The translations under genes and the position numbers were made by a program. The notes under the pieces are model-generated. The model was given only the letters and a program-made list of their open reading frames with translations, was not told the DNA's origin and made no database searches. From Chiloscyllium plagiosum (Eukaryota): a stretch of 64,000 bases of DNA. This document shows positions 1 through 13,584 of this stretch, in pieces (the first letter of the stretch is position 1; the number at the start of each line of letters is the position of its first letter). Location of the stretch: positions 1-64,000 of the forward strand of contig NW_025215335.1 in NCBI RefSeq assembly GCF_004010195.1, given 5' to 3'.

Positions 1-66
1 ATATCAAAGTTGAAACTTTATTGCTGGAACAGCACAGCAGGTCAGGCAGCATCCAGGGAACAGGAG

Positions 67-102
67 ATTCGACGTTTCGGGCACAGGCCCTTCTTCAGGA
101 AT
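67..102 (-). ncRNA. Minimal type I hammerhead ribozyme motif (inverted twin of 364-399)
   Basis: Exact reverse complement of 364-399. Confidence 0.78.
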
Positions 103-363
103 GAGCAGAGAGTGTTCAGCAGGAGAAGATAAAAGGTAGGGAGGAGGGACTTGGAGGAGGGGAGTTGGAAGTGGAGGAGATGCGGTGGAGGGCACCGTCG
201 ACCATGTCGGGGCACAGACCTTTACACCGCTGAGGCCAAACGCCAGCTCGCAGATACCTCCTCCTACCGTCCCCTTGACCATGACCCTATCACATTTCCA
301 ACGCCCCTCCTCCAAGTCCCTCCTCCCTACCTTTTATCTTCTCCTGCTGAACACTCTCTGCTC

Positions 364-399
364 ATTCCTGAAGAAGGGCCTGTGCCCGAAACGTCGAAT
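364..399 (+). ncRNA. Minimal type I hammerhead ribozyme motif (PLE-associated)
   Basis: ATTC-CTGAAGA-A-GGGC(ctgt)GCCC-GAAAC-GTC/GAAT: stem I ATTC/GAAT, stem II GGGC/GCCC, palindromic ACGT stem III, predicted cleavage after C395. Confidence 0.8.
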
Positions 400-1755
400 C
401 TCCTGTTCCCTGGATGCTGCCTGACCTGCTGGAAAAATATAGTTCCAACACCACTTGAAGCTTGATACCATCCAGTGCAATGTTGTTTGGTTGACACCTT
501 ATCCAGCACTTTTAACATTCACTGAACCTACTGCTGATGCACAGTAGCAGCAGTATGTACAATGTACCAAGATGCACTCCAGCAACTGAGGTTCTTTTAA
601 AAGTTTGACTTTGCAATACTTTGTTTTTGGGTTGAACATCTGGAATTACTTTCCTAAAGGATTGTGGGTGTGTCCAGACCAAATGTGCTGCAGCAGTTCA
701 GGTAGTCTACTTCCCACCACCTTCTCAAAGGTAATTAAGGATGAACAGCAAATTCTGGTCTGACTAATGCTAGTACTGCCCATACCTTATGAAAGAACAA
801 AAATAACTCAAATATAATAATTCCTTAAAGTTTCCACAATTAATGTCAAAACTATGACATTCAACATGTCACTCTGTTTGTCACCTACCTTGCACTTATC
901 TCTCTTGAAATGACTTTCTAATGCATGAGCTTTGTCTCAAATATACCTGCTATTTGGTGGATTTTTGGCATTGCTATCAGAAATTTAAATATGATCAGGC
1001 ATTCTGGGCTAGTTCAATTTGTGGAACTGAAATAATTGCAACTTGGCTGTCAATCAGAGTGGAGACTGAGTGCATTGTTATGATTGAAGCAGCAGCATCA
1101 AATTCAAAAGCACAAGCTGCTGTTGCAATCTCAGAATTTGTCACGTGCTGCTCTGGGTCTCCTGATCATAGGATCTCCACTGCCTGCTCTCCCCCCCCCC
1201 CCCCCCATGATTGGAGCTGAGTTTGAGCAGTTATTCTGGTTGCTGATATTGCTACAGAAAACTTTTGACTGCAATATACCAATAGTTTTCTGATCAACTC
1301 ATGGACAACAAATCTGAGCTGAGGGTATAGAGCTGTGATGTCATACTCCCACCTGCCTATGACTGAGACTTGGCTGAAAGATGGCAGGATTGGCAGTTCT
1401 GTATTCAGAGGTTTTGTATTCTGGTGTGGGAGAGAGATAGAAGAGGAGATGGGTGTCACAATATTGATCAAGGAATCCATTATATCAATGAGGAGGGCAG
1501 TTATTTTGAAAAGATCATAAAATGAGACCAAATGGGTAGAAGTAAAACACACACTAAGGCCAAACTTATTGTAGACCTCCAAACCATCAGAGTGAGCAAG
1601 ACAGGTGGCCAAATTCTCTTAAATTTTGGGGAAGTTAAGAATAATAAGGCAATAAGGATTTTAGCTACCCAAATATTAACTGGGATCATTCTACTATGCA
1701 AGATGGAGATTCAACAATTCTTAAATTGCATCCAGGAGAACTTTTCTCACCAGTG

Positions 1756-1925
1756 CAGAGGAACTTCGATTATCTGAATGCCTCGGGCAGGGAGTATTTT
1801 GTTCAGATAATCGACTGTTTGGATAATCGAATGATGGATAACACAGTTTAGCCAAGAATCAAACCTTGCGATCTTGTTCAGGTAAATAGAAATTCGGATA
1901 ATTGAATGCTGGATAATTGAGGTTC
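1756..1925. mobile_element. Tigger/pogo-like MITE remnant
   Basis: Imperfect TIRs GAACTTCGATTATCTG and TGGATAATTGAGGTTC; repeated internal GATAAT(C/T)GA motifs. Confidence 0.5.
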
Positions 1926-2013
1926 ATGGGGCAGCTCAAAACGTTAAAAATGAGCCCAGTCTGATGGCGTGTTTTGGAATTAGGTAGCATTTTGCTAATA
2001 GTAATCATTACTA

Positions 2014-2340
2014 GGGGTGACACAATGGCTCAGCAGTTAGCATAACTGCCTCACCACTCCAAACACCTGGGTTTGATTCCAGCCATGGGCGACGGTCTAT
2101 GTTGAGTTTGCACACTCTTCCCGTGTCTGCGTGGGTTTCCTCCCACAATCCAAAGATGTGCAGGTTAGGTGAATTGGCCATGCTAAATTGCCCACAGTGT
2201 TCTGGGATGTGCATTAGCCAGGGGTAAATGCAGAGTAATAGGATAGGGGAATAGGTCCCTATGGGTTACTCTTCAGAGGGTTGGTATGAACTTGTTGGGC
2301 CAAATGGCCTGTTTCTACACTAGGGATTCTATGATTCTAC
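2014..2340 (+). mobile_element. HE1-type V-SINE
   Basis: tRNA-like head, V-domain and (attct)n tail. Confidence 0.85.
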
Positions 2341-2344
2341 CCTA

Positions 2345-2760
2345 AATTTCTGGCAGCAGTTATAAAGAGAAATCAGTTAACATTCGGGTCTGGTGACCCT
2401 TCCTCAGAACTAATGGTAGCTAGGAAAATGCTATGTCTTATGACCAAGCCCCACACCAGGCCTCATTATCACATAGTCTGCCATTACACACTACCTATTG
2501 TTAGCCACTAATGGTCTCCATTTACTCTCCTAGCCAGATCGTTATCCAATCCTTTGTCTTTCCTATTGTTCTTCCCTCTGGGCTCTATCCCCACCTATCA
2601 TTTACTCCTTACCCCTACCTCCACCATAAATTATAAACTGACATTTTCCTATTTACCTGAAACATTAACCCTGATTTCTCTTCTCAGCAGGTCTGGCAGC
2701 ATCTGTGCTTTTTCAGCAACTGTTGTTTTTCTGATTTACAGCATCTTCAGTTTTTTTGGT
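2345..2760. mobile_element. PLE-terminus element, second family, with inverted ends
   Basis: Decayed hammerhead on the minus strand at 2376-2410; + strand ACCTGAAACATTAAC terminus near 2655. Confidence 0.55.
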
Positions 2761-2789
2761 ATTTACTATGCTAAACCTGAGTCTTGAAA

Positions 2790-4990
2790 AAGGATAATGA
2801 TTGACCACAGGTAAAGGTTCTAAACTGTGGAAAGACTAGCTTTAAGAAGGCAAATTTGATTAGCTAAAGTGTACTGGGAGCAGCTGCCTGGAGATAAACT
2901 GTCAGAGCAGAGTGAGGTATTCAAAGAGGAAATGGAGGGAGTACAGGGAAATTTTCTTGTAAAGACAAAGGATAGGACCATGCCTGGAGAGACCTGGATG
3001 TCAAAGGGCATAACGGTTAGGATTGCAAAATAATTTCAGACAGGTTGACAGGGTTCAAACTGGCAAGGTCCCTGCAGCAGTAGAAAAGAGTGAGAGGAGA
3101 AATCTTAAAAAGGAAATTTTAGAGAGAGAGAGAGAGAGAGAAGGGAGTGCATGAGAAAGCATGAGTGGGTAGGATAGAGGAACCCCAAAGGTCTTTAAAT
3201 ATATAAAGAGCAAGAGAACAATTAGAGAAGAGGTGCCCATTAAGAACTATTGAGGTAATGAGTGTGTGGACCCAGAGGTGTGGAAACAGTTCTCCATTAT
3301 TACTTTGCAATGGTCTTCACAATAGGAAAGGATGTGGGCATCGAGGTGAAGAAATGTAACGTGGTGAGAGAGGGGAGGTATGAGTGAGTTTAGCAGCCTA
3401 AAAAGTGAATAAATTTGCAGTCCCAGATAAAATGTATCCCAGGCTGTTGAAAGAGGAAAGGGAGAAGATTTTGGATGCACTGGCAATAATTTTTATCATC
3501 TCACCTGTGTCCGAAGTGTTCTAATGTCCTCATAAAAGGAAGGAAGTGATAAACCAGACCTGTAAGTATAATTTTTATGTGGAGAAGTCATTTTGAATTT
3601 TGTGGGACAGAGTATGTCTGCTCTTGAAGAAATGCTGATTAATGAGGGAGAAATCAAAGATCAGTACAGCACCGAACAGGCCATTTGACCCACCAAGATT
3701 GCACTGACATATGAAGCCTTTCTAATCTAAAAATCTTTTGCCTCAACACTCTTCATATTCTTCTATTCACTGCCTAATCATAAGTCTGTCAAGATCGCTC
3801 TTAAATTTTGCTGTTGCATCCACCCCCACTACCTTCTCTTGCAGAGCATTGTAAGTAGTTAACACCCTGTGTTTTTAAAACAAAAACTTTGCCTCTCATC
3901 TCTCTCAAACCTTTCCCCTCTCTCCTTAACCTACATCCCCTAGTATTTGACATTTCTAATCCTGGGGGAAAGAGGCTCTTACTATCCATTCTATCCATGG
4001 ATACAGTCATAATTCTGTAGACTTCTATCAGGTTGTGCCTAATCCTTCAACATTCAAGTGAAAACAAACCAAGTTTGTCCAGTCTCTCCTCATAACAAAT
4101 ACCATTCAAATCAGGCAACATGCTGATAAAATCAGGGATAATCAGCAAGGATTTGTTAAGGGGAGGTAATGTTCAATTAAATTTGTTCAGTCTCTTTTGC
4201 GGATTCATCCAGGCATGTTGAAGGCAATGCATTTGATGTGATCTACATGGACTGTAGCAAAACATTTAATAATGTCCCTCAAGACAGATTGGTCAAGAGA
4301 GTCCATGGGATTCAAAGTAAAGTGAACATTGGATCCTAAATTTTGTGAGGGGCAGTAAGCAGAGGTTGATAGTAGAGGCTTGTTTCCAGTGGTGTTCCAC
4401 AGGGGTCAATGCTAGGGCACTTGCTGTTTGTGGTGCAAGTCAAACCTAGACAGTATGATCAAGAAATTTGTGGATAAAATAAAATTGCTTTGGTAAATAG
4501 TGAACAGATTACCAATGGTCTGATCAGCAGGGCAGAGCAGTAGCAAATGGAATTTTAACCCTGGAAAAGTCAGAGGTAATCCACTTTTGGGGGAGGGGGG
4601 CACGGTGAGGAGGGACTGGTGTTCATAGAGCAAGAGGTTGCACTGTTAACAGTAGGACTCTGGAAAGTACTAAAAATCAGAGGGATATATCCACAGATCC
4701 CTGAAGCTAAGGAGATAAAGTGGTTAAGAAGGGATGTGGGATATTTTGCTTCAGTAGCTGAGACACAGTACAAGATGTTTCTTGGCTGAAGGTGGTGAAC
4801 ATCTAAACCTCGCTGCCTGAAAAGGTGCTCAAGCCTGATACTCTTGTATCATTTAAACACTATTTGGATATTATACTAACGTTATCATAGTCTCCATGGC
4901 TTTGGGCTAAAATCTGGAATATGAGATCAGGTCTTTGGCTGGCGTAGGCGTGATTAACCCAATTGCCTCAAATGCTGTAAATGTGTATGC
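2790..4990 (+). mobile_element. Highly decayed CR1 with a nested inverted CR1 3' fragment (about 3655-4125)
   Basis: Scattered remnants (agtggtgttccacaggggtcaatgctaggg = SGVPQGSMLG); minus-strand LEMSNTRG peptide. Confidence 0.6.
3121..3141. repeat. (AG)n microsatellite
   Basis: About 10 AG units. Confidence 0.9.
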
Positions 4991-6569
4991 AAATCTTTTA
5001 AATTTAGATTTTAATTCCTCTTATTCCTTAGTTGTATGTCTTTGAATCGGTGAAGTTGAAGGTTCAAGATAGCAAAGATATTTTGAAGAAAACTGGTATT
5101 CACATTTTATTGATTGATCACTTAATATTGAAGAGTCTTTGTATCATTATTGAGGAGAGTTCTGCCCTTTAAATTTATCGGAATTCATTCTTAACACTGA
5201 TATCAGACTATGGGTAATTTTGCTGCCTATATAATTTAAGTGGGAGGAAATGTCACTAACAGTTGAAGTTTGTTGTGGTTATTTGCAAACTACACTGAAG
5301 TTGAGATCTGACTATAATATTGGCTGATATAAGATTGTAGTACTGAGGAAATGTTAGCCTAAGGGGCCAGCTACTAATTGAGACATCTAATTATCCTATT
5401 TGAAAAAGAACATAGAGTTCTCCTTGTGTGCAGGCCACGTTATCCCCTCAATGTAAAAAGTAACTGGTAATTCATCTCAGTGCAGTTTTTAAAAAAAAAT
5501 CTGTTATTTATATACTGATTCCAATTGAATTTACAAGAGATTAATTTCTCCAAGTATCAGATAATCCCCCCTCCCCCCAAGTAGTACTCTAAACAAAATG
5601 CATCTCAGGAAAGCTAATCCAAGTTATTCCTCATCAGTTGAAGTGATGAGAACTCGCTGAGAAACTGAGTCAGTTGTGGATAACTTTTTTATATTTGTTC
5701 ATGGGATGTGCGTGGCATGGCTAGCCCAGCATTTAAGCTCCCCTGGAGGGGTAATTGAGTCAGCCACATTGTTTAGGTCTGGAGTTACATGTAGGCCAGG
5801 CCAGGTAAGGGCAATAGTGAGTGAACGAAATGGGTTTTTGCTATTCAACAAACTGTCTATTCCACGTTTTATTGAATTCTAAATCAAGCATTTCACATGA
5901 TGGAGTTTGGACCCCTCTCCCGAGAACATTGGTCAGGGCTCAAGTTTGCTAATCTAGTACAATTATCACTACGCCACCACCTCACCATAATGTCAACATT
6001 GGAGCCCAGCCTTCCTGTAAGTGGGAGTCACAAATGAACCTGATAATATTGATACAACAAGGTGGTTAATAATTGAAATAATTATGTTTATGATGTATTA
6101 GCATGCTGATAATTGCAGTGATTTGATTGTTGAAGCAATTGGCCACTAATTCCTAAAACACTGGAACAGTGTAGAAAAAGTAATTTGATCCTCAACATTC
6201 ATGTAATAGAACGTTGATTTAAGAAATTAGATGCTGGTTGTAGATACAATTTTGCCAATAGTCCAATTCCTATTGTATCTTCATTCCTAGTGTAGCAATA
6301 GGACTCATACTGTATTAAAATTCTGACTGTAATAGGAACTTCATAATTAGTGTAATAGGACTCTACTGTAATCCTTTATTGGTCTAATAGGATTAGGGTT
6401 ACACATACTTTTTTTTTCCACAGCAGCAGCAATCTAATCTGAGCAGTCCATTAGGCCACATTCATCATCAGAAAAAATGAGGATTTAAAGGAGCTTTGCA
6501 GCTGTCAGAAACCAATTTGAGGGGATTCACAGTAGCCATTGCTGTCTTAATGCGCTGAATACTAAAATC

Positions 6570-9500
6570 TCAGTCATAAAGTCATACAGCATGGAAACAG
6601 AACCTTCACCCCAATCAGTCCATGCTGACCATGTTGCAAAACTAACCGAGTCCTGTCTGCCTGTGCTTGGCAATCCTTTGCTATTCATGAACTTATCTTT
6701 GACTGTACAAAACAAAATGTAAAACTAATGGAATATTCAGCTTTATAGCTAGAGGGTTCAAATATTAAGAGGAGAGTTTTTTTTGTTATGGCTGCACAAA
6801 ATTGTGGTTAGTTCACATCTGAGTACTACGTGTATTCCTGTGTTCTGTAGCTTGGAGGGACACATTGACCCTGAAAAGAGTGCAACACAAATACTAGAAT
6901 TTCACCAAACCTCCAAAGGCTTTTTTTTTTTGAGAAGTTATACAAATTAGGCTTGTATTCCTGTATTATAGAAGATTAAAAGATGACTTGATTAGCTTTT
7001 AGGATTTTGCAAGGAATTAGTGTAGATGGTGAGAAAAGTTCTTTCACTGATGGGAGAACCTAAAATAAGGAGGCATAAACTGAAAATGAGAACTAGCCCA
7101 TTCGGAGAGACGTTAGGAAATAACTATTCCTCACCCTTTCTCCGTCTGTCCGTCTCTCGTAATTTGTGTTTAGTTCTCTCCCTGGGATGGTTATTTTGCT
7201 TAGGGTCTGGGCCCCATCAGGGTTGTAGGAACTGGGTATCGTACATCTGCCTCTCCTCTTGCAGCTTTTTCTCATCTTGTGACCCCACTGTGGAGTTGCA
7301 GCTTATAATTTGGGAAATGAAAGCAGAAACTGCTGAAGAAACTCAGCAGATCAGATGGGCAGATCAGTGGTATATAAATTTATAGATTCATATAGCATGG
7401 AAACAACTCGTCCAACTCGTCCAGGTTTCCTGACAGAAGAACTTCTGTATGCCTGACTTTGATCTATATCCTTCCTAAACCTTCCCTTTTCACGTACCTG
7501 TCTAAATGTTTTTTAAATGTTGCAATTATACCCACCTCTACCATTTCCTCTAGCAGCACTTTCCATATGTGTGCCACCTTCTGTACGAAAAAGTTGTCTC
7601 TTCTGTCCCTTCTAAATCTTTCCCCCCTCACCTTAAATCTTTACCCTCTTGTTTTGGATTCCCCTGCCCTTGGGAAAAGACCTTGACTATTCTCCTTATC
7701 TATGCTTCTCATGATTTTTATAAACTTCTACAAGGTCATCCCCCTAGCCTCTTACACTCCAGGGAGAAATAAATACCAGCCTATCCTCCCTCTCCTTATA
7801 ACTCAAACCCTCCAGTCTCTAACATCCTTGTAAATCTTTAAATATGTGCTGATGCACTTTTGGAAGAAGAAACAAGGCAAGGGAGTACTCCATGAATTTG
7901 AGGATGCTAGGAATTTCAGAGGAACATAAGAATCCCGAGGTGCTTGTCCACAAATCCCTAAGAGTGGGAGGGCTCAGATTAATAGGGTAATTAAGGCATA
8001 TAGGACACTTGCCTTTATTAGTCATTGCAAAGATGATAAGAACAAGGAGGCTAAATTAGAACTATAAAAGACTTTGTTTTGGCTGCAGCTAGAGTACAAT
8101 GTGCAGTTCTGGTCTCTGCACTGCAGAAAAGATGTGATTGTACTGGAGCAGGTGCAGAGGTAGTTCACCAGGTTGTTGCCTGGGACAGAGCACTTCAGCT
8201 GTGAAAAGACATGTGGGACACTTTTTTTAACACAGTGATTTGTGTGGAATGATCTTCCAGAGGAAGTGGATGGTTATGGATACAGTTAGAACGTTTAAAA
8301 GGTAGTTAGAAAAGTATATGAATAAGAAATGTTTGGAGGGATATGGGCCGAGTGCAGGCAGGTGGGACTAGTTTAGTTTGGGATTATGGTCAGCGTGGAC
8401 TGGTTGGACTAAAGGGCCTGTTTCCATGCTGTATGACAATGACTATGATTCTGAAAGGCTGGATGTTTTCTTTGGAGTACAGGAGGTTGAAAGGGGGAAC
8501 CGGAATGAGGTGTATAAGATTGAGGGGCATTGACAGGTGGAATAGAAAGTAGCTATTCTACTTAGTTGAAGGCTCAATAACCGGGGATATGGAGTTCTTG
8601 TGGTACAGTGGTAGTGCCTCTACCTCCAACCTAGGAAATCTGCTACTAGACAAGATTGATTAGAAAATATCTAACATGGTGGCATAATTTTAAGGTGAAA
8701 GACAGGAAACATGGAGGGGAATCGAGGAAAAGGTTTTTCTCCCAAAGGATGGTGGTGATCTGAAATACACTATTAGAGTGGTGCTGGAAAAGCACAGCAG
8801 GTCAGGCAGCAAATGAGGAGCAGGAAAATTAACGATTCGGGCAAAAGCCTTTCCTGATGAAGGGCTTTTGTCTGAAGCGTTGAATTTCCTGCTCCTCAGA
8901 TGCTGCCTGACTTGCTGTGCTTTTCCAGCACCACTCTAATCTTGACTCTAATCTCCAGCATCTGCAATACCCACTTTTGCCATCTGGAATACACTGCCCA
9001 GCAAGGTCATAGGAGTGGGTATGGGCCTAGTGCTGGAATGTGGGAGTACTGTGGCTTTACTATGACTTTGCCGGTAAAGAGACAATGGGCTGACCAGCCT
9101 CATCTATACTGCATGATTCTTTGTGGATGGTTAGAGTTGGCCTCATCGCAGACATTCTAGTTAATGAAGTGAGTGCTGTAATATTCGATATAATAAACAT
9201 GATATGAGAAAAGTATTGGAGGGACTGATACCCTTACAGGTGGATAGATCAGCAGGGCTGGATTGTTTCCCAGGCTGTTAATGCAGTCGAAGAGGAAATA
9301 ACTTCTCCTATATCTAATGAGGATCAATTTCCAATCCTCATTAGATATAGGTGCACTACCAAAGTATTGGAGATCTCAAAATGTTGACCATTGTATAAAA
9401 AGGGTGAGAGGTTATAGAATAAATAATTATTGGACTGTTGGTCTGGGCAAATAATTAGAATGAATTCTAAGACAGGATAAGCTGTCACTTGGGTGTGGAT

Positions 9501-9830
9501 TAATCGGGTAGTCAATGTGGTTTTGTCAAGGGACGTTTGCGTCTTACCAACTTTAAAGAAGAAAAAACCCCAACTTGTCCAGCTTCTCCCTGTAACTTAG
9601 ACAGTTGAGTCCTGGCAACATCTTTATAAATTTCTGCTGCACTCTTCCCAGTTTAAAAACATCCTTTCTATAATAAGGTGACCAAAACTGAATGCAATAG
9701 TCCGAGTGTGACCTCCCCAACATCCTGTACAACTGCAACATAACTTTGCAACTTCTGTATTCATGCCCTGACTGAAGGTCATTGTGTCAAAAATGTCCTT
9801 CACTGCCAGAGAACTGTGCACCTGAAATCC
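6570..9830. mobile_element. Patchwork of CR1 3' fragments on both strands
   Basis: catagagtc/ggaaacag tails; DYCIQFWSPYYRKD peptide (9553-9741); gagtacaatgtgcagttctgg. Confidence 0.65.
8772..8981. mobile_element. Palindromic PLE-terminus element inserted in a CR1 fragment
   Basis: Palindrome 8772-8940 plus tail; TSD ATCTG(A/G)AATACACT at 8758-8771 and 8982-8995; decayed hammerhead core at 8854. Confidence 0.8.
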
Positions 9831-10009
9831 AAGGTCTGTCTATGCTCCTTAAGATCCTACCATGAAACCTATACCTTGATTTTCCAAAATGGAAGACCTC
9901 ACCGGGTCAGTTTCATTTTTCTGTTGGGCTGTCTCTTTTTTTTAAAAAAAAACAAACTTTCCTTATGGATTCCAAAGCATAAGATAGGTATTCATTTAAA
10001 TCCAAAATA

Positions 10010-10930
10010 AAACAAAGAACTTCAGATGCTGGAAATCTGAAATGAATTGCTGGAGAAACCTAGGCCAGGCAGCAACTTTGGAGAGAAAGCAGAGTTAATG
10101 TTTCTGGTCCAATGACTTTACTTCAGAATTTTCTCTCTGCAGATGCTGCCAGACTTGCTAAGTTTCTCCAACAGTTTCTGTTTGCGTTTCACTCTTTAAA
10201 CTTAATTTGTTTGATCAAACTTTAGTTTCTCCTGATCTTTTGGTGGCTTGTTTTGTTTTATAATACATCTGTGAAACAAATTGATGTTTCATTGCATTCT
10301 AGGTTTTACAGATTTGTGTAGCTAATTTCTCTTCTGCTTCTTAGTTGCTAGGTTTATTTGTAATGTGATTTCCTTGCTCATTCTACGCATTTATTGAAAA
10401 GTGCCGCCTTCATCAAAAACTGTTTTGTCAATCTATAAACATGACCCTGACTTTCCAGTTGCTGGGCAATTTAATTCAGCACCATACTCTCATACCTTCA
10501 CGCTGCAGCTGTTCCAGTCCAGTATACACAAGCTCAAGGAACACCTTTTCTTCCAGTTAGGCATTTTACAACTCCCCCTTCCCTGAGCAGATTTCCATTC
10601 TTGGCCACCTGCAAACTGGAGGAACACCTCATCTTCCACCTCTGGAATCTACAACACGGCATGAACATTAAATTCGCCAGTTTCCAAATCGCCACTCCCA
10701 CACCCTATCCCAGATCCACCCTCTTGACCTGACCTACTTGTCCTTCCCACAAACCTATCACTCGCCACCTACCTTCGCTCACCAATTGCCTATCTTTCCC
10801 ATAGCCCTGCCCCCACCACACCTTCCCCAATTTATCTCTCAACCCCCTTCCCCACCCCAGTCCTGAAACATCAATTCTTTTGCTCCTCTGATCCTACTTT
10901 TCCAGTGCCACACTTGATCAACTTTACAGC
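10010..10930. mobile_element. Cluster of decayed PLE termini and GIY-YIG 3' remnants
   Basis: Fold-back terminus about 10015-10190; PVAGQFN and KLKEHLFFQLG peptide remnants; C-rich 3' region similar to 18230-18400. Confidence 0.55.
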
Positions 10931-12359
10931 ATGCTGGACTTTACATTCACTCAACAACTTCAGACAACGAATCACTTTTTGTATGTATTTTTCTGCCAGT
11001 GTCGGACTGTTTTGTTTTCATAGGTCTGCCTTTATTAAGCAGATTTATCTCTTATTCCACCATTAACACTTACTCTGGACCAATGCTTTGTTTCTTTGCT
11101 ACAACCATTACCATTCTTTCTCTTTTGCTCAATAACCATAATTTCATTTAATCTCTTCTTCCTTCCAAGCTAACCCTGACCTTGGTTTTTGGTGAAACAG
11201 AAAGTGGTGGAGAAACTCAGCAGATTTGGCAGCATTTATGGAGAGAGAACCATGGTTTGAGTCAGTTATGTTTTTTGGTATTGCATTTTGTGCTACCTGA
11301 CTACCCCTACACCCCTCTGCTATTCAGAAGATTGATACATTAACTCTGTGTTCTCTCCATAGATGCTGCTGGACCTGCTGAGTTTCTCCAGCAATTTGTT
11401 ATTTTTCCCAAGCTGCTTCAATTCTGAAGTATTATCTAATTGGGCTCAAAAGATTAACTGCCTCCACAGATGCTTTCAGGAGAATGGAGTTATTTAAATG
11501 GCAGCGCACTTCATGATCCGAATGGTCTAATTTTGCTTCTACATGCTGTGGTCTTGTGGACTTGCATTTTTCTACCCTTGCCGTTTCTACTTAAGTTTCT
11601 AGTATCTGCAGTAATTTGTTCTTGTATTTTTGTTAAAACGGAAGGTTGACACTTCTCAGTCAGTTATGATTGTTCAAAAGCTGAAAGACTTTAGACTTGT
11701 AGTATCCTTTCAAGGGACTGGTGACCATTTGATCTACCTTTTGATCTGCATTTGACCATTTGAATTTGTTTCGATGCTGACTGTATCACTTTGTCCAGAA
11801 AACATAGCATCAAAGGATTGCATCAAATGGATTGGGTGGCTGACCAGGGAAGAAGAAAATTTCACTTAGCGAGTGGTAAATCACTTAAATATTAAAACTG
11901 AAAGTGTTCATAGATTCAAAATTCTAATTGAATAAAACTCATACAGAAAATATGCAATGGTATAATGTCAGTGAGTAGTTTGTGGGCATTGTAAGTGTAA
12001 TACTTATAATTCAGGAATGGCAGGTGATTTTTGTTTTTGGATCAACGATGGACTCTCAAAGCTGTCTGCCATAAAGGATTTTCCTGGCCTCCTGCCTGAG
12101 CCTGTGAAAAACTAATTGATGGAGTTGCTGACGCATTAAGGCATTAACAGTCCTCTGTCATGCGACTGCAGGTATGTTAAAAGACAAACAACAAGATCCG
12201 TCTTGTTTTTTTGTCACTGCAGCAATTTCTATATGGGGAAAGATGATTTAAGAATGCATTTTCAGGCATTCCTTTCATCCAGTATGGCCTATGAACAAAA
12301 AGCAGGGTGGTATATGATAGAGAACAGGAATAGGCCATTCAGCCTCTTGAGCTGTTGAT

Positions 12360-13440
12360 TTTGTCACTTGTACTGAAGTACAGTGAAAAGCATTGTTTAC
12401 AGGCAGATCAGGATAAGCAAGGATGTACAGATCAAAAGGACTTGGGCAGAGGTATACAGGTTATGATACACAGGATGTGTGCTAGGTGAGATCAGCTTTA
12501 GCAAATCAGCGTTACTTGAGGCTAACAAGTCTATTTGTCAGTCTTAAAAACAGCCAGGAAGAAGTGGTTCCTGAACCTTCTGGTGTGTGTTCAGGCTTCT
12601 GTATCTTCTGCCTGATAGAAGAGATTATAGGCAATCATTACTGGAATGTGATGGGTCTTTGATGTTGGCTACCTGTCCATGGCATTAAGCTATGTAAATG
12701 GAGTCGGTGGATGGAAGATTGACTTCCCCCATGGTCTGTGCTGTCTACAACATCTTCTGTAGTTTCTTAAGGCCCTGGACAGAGCAGTTGCCATACCAGG
12801 CCATTATGCACCTAGACAGTATGCTTTCAGTGGTCCATCTGTAAAAGTTGGTGGGGATCTTGATGGATGTGCCAAATTTCCTGAGCCATCTGAGGAAGAA
12901 GGGGTATTGTTGTGCCTTTTTGACTGTCGCATTTGCGTGGAAAGTCCAGGACAGGTTGTCAGTTATCGTCACTCCGAGGAACCTGACACTATCCACCCCC
13001 ACAACTTCAGCTCCTTTGATGGAGATGGGGTCGTGTTCTCCTTCTTTCTTTCTCTCTGAAGTCAACGATCAGTTTTTTAGATTTGTTTACATTCAGAAAA
13101 AGGTTGTTTTCATTGCACCATGTGCCAAGCCCTCTCTTTCTCTTGTGTTTTGACTTGTCATTGTTAGATCTAACTCCCACTACGGCGGTGTCATCCGGGA
13201 ACTTGTCGATGTTGCCAAATTCCAAATGAATGCCAGAGTTGTATGAGTAAAGGGAGAACATTAGGGGGCTGAGGACGCATCCTTGGGGTCTCCAGTGTTG
13301 AGTGTTATTGTGAACAAGGTGCAGTTGTATATCTTCACTGATTAGTCTATGTGTCAGAAATCTGAGGATCCTGTTGCTGAGGGCAGAGCAAAGACCAAGG
13401 TCACGGAGTTTTGAAATTAGTCTGGAGGGAATAATAATGG
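12360..13440 (-). mobile_element. Rex1/Babar-like LINE RT C-terminal fragment
   Basis: Peptides KFPDDTAVVG, LNVNKSKKLIVDFR, RFLGVTITDNLSW..KKAQQ..FFLRWLRKF..NFYR..ESIL...WYGNC. Confidence 0.8.
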
Positions 13441-13584
13441 TGGTGTTCCACCATACAGTGAGATCACAGCCGATTTGTGGTCTAACTCCAGATACCTGCC
13501 TTTGGTCTGTATACCCTATAACCTTTACTTAACAAAAATTAATCCGAGATTTAAAATACACAACTGATCCAGCATCATTTAGTG

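Larger units (their letters stand above)
5..431. mobile_element. Penelope-like element derivative: 136-bp inverted arms (35-170 / 296-431) around a short RT fragment
   Basis: The arms are near-perfect reverse complements. The spacer encodes TDLYTAEAKRQLADTSSYRPLDHDP, typical of the PLE RT N-terminal region. Each arm carries a hammerhead core. Confidence 0.8.

Noticed and set aside
4..465. Overlapping ORFs sharing EEGPVPETS..LLGCCLTCCA (also near 40188-40540, 42358-42795 and 57097)
   Set aside because: These are translations of the non-coding palindromic PLE terminus, not a protein family.
1190..1206. Poly-C run (G-run on the minus strand, possible G-quadruplex)
   Set aside because: Isolated homopolymer with no supporting context; length unreliable
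921..1220. ORF with SIRVETECIVMIE...AAVAIS loosely recalling the missing first SYNJ1 coding exon (LIVET...ECLMFESGAVAVLS)
   Set aside because: There is no MAFSKG-like start, the spacing is wrong and identity is far below that of the true exons. It is treated as chance; the real exon is probably upstream of the window.
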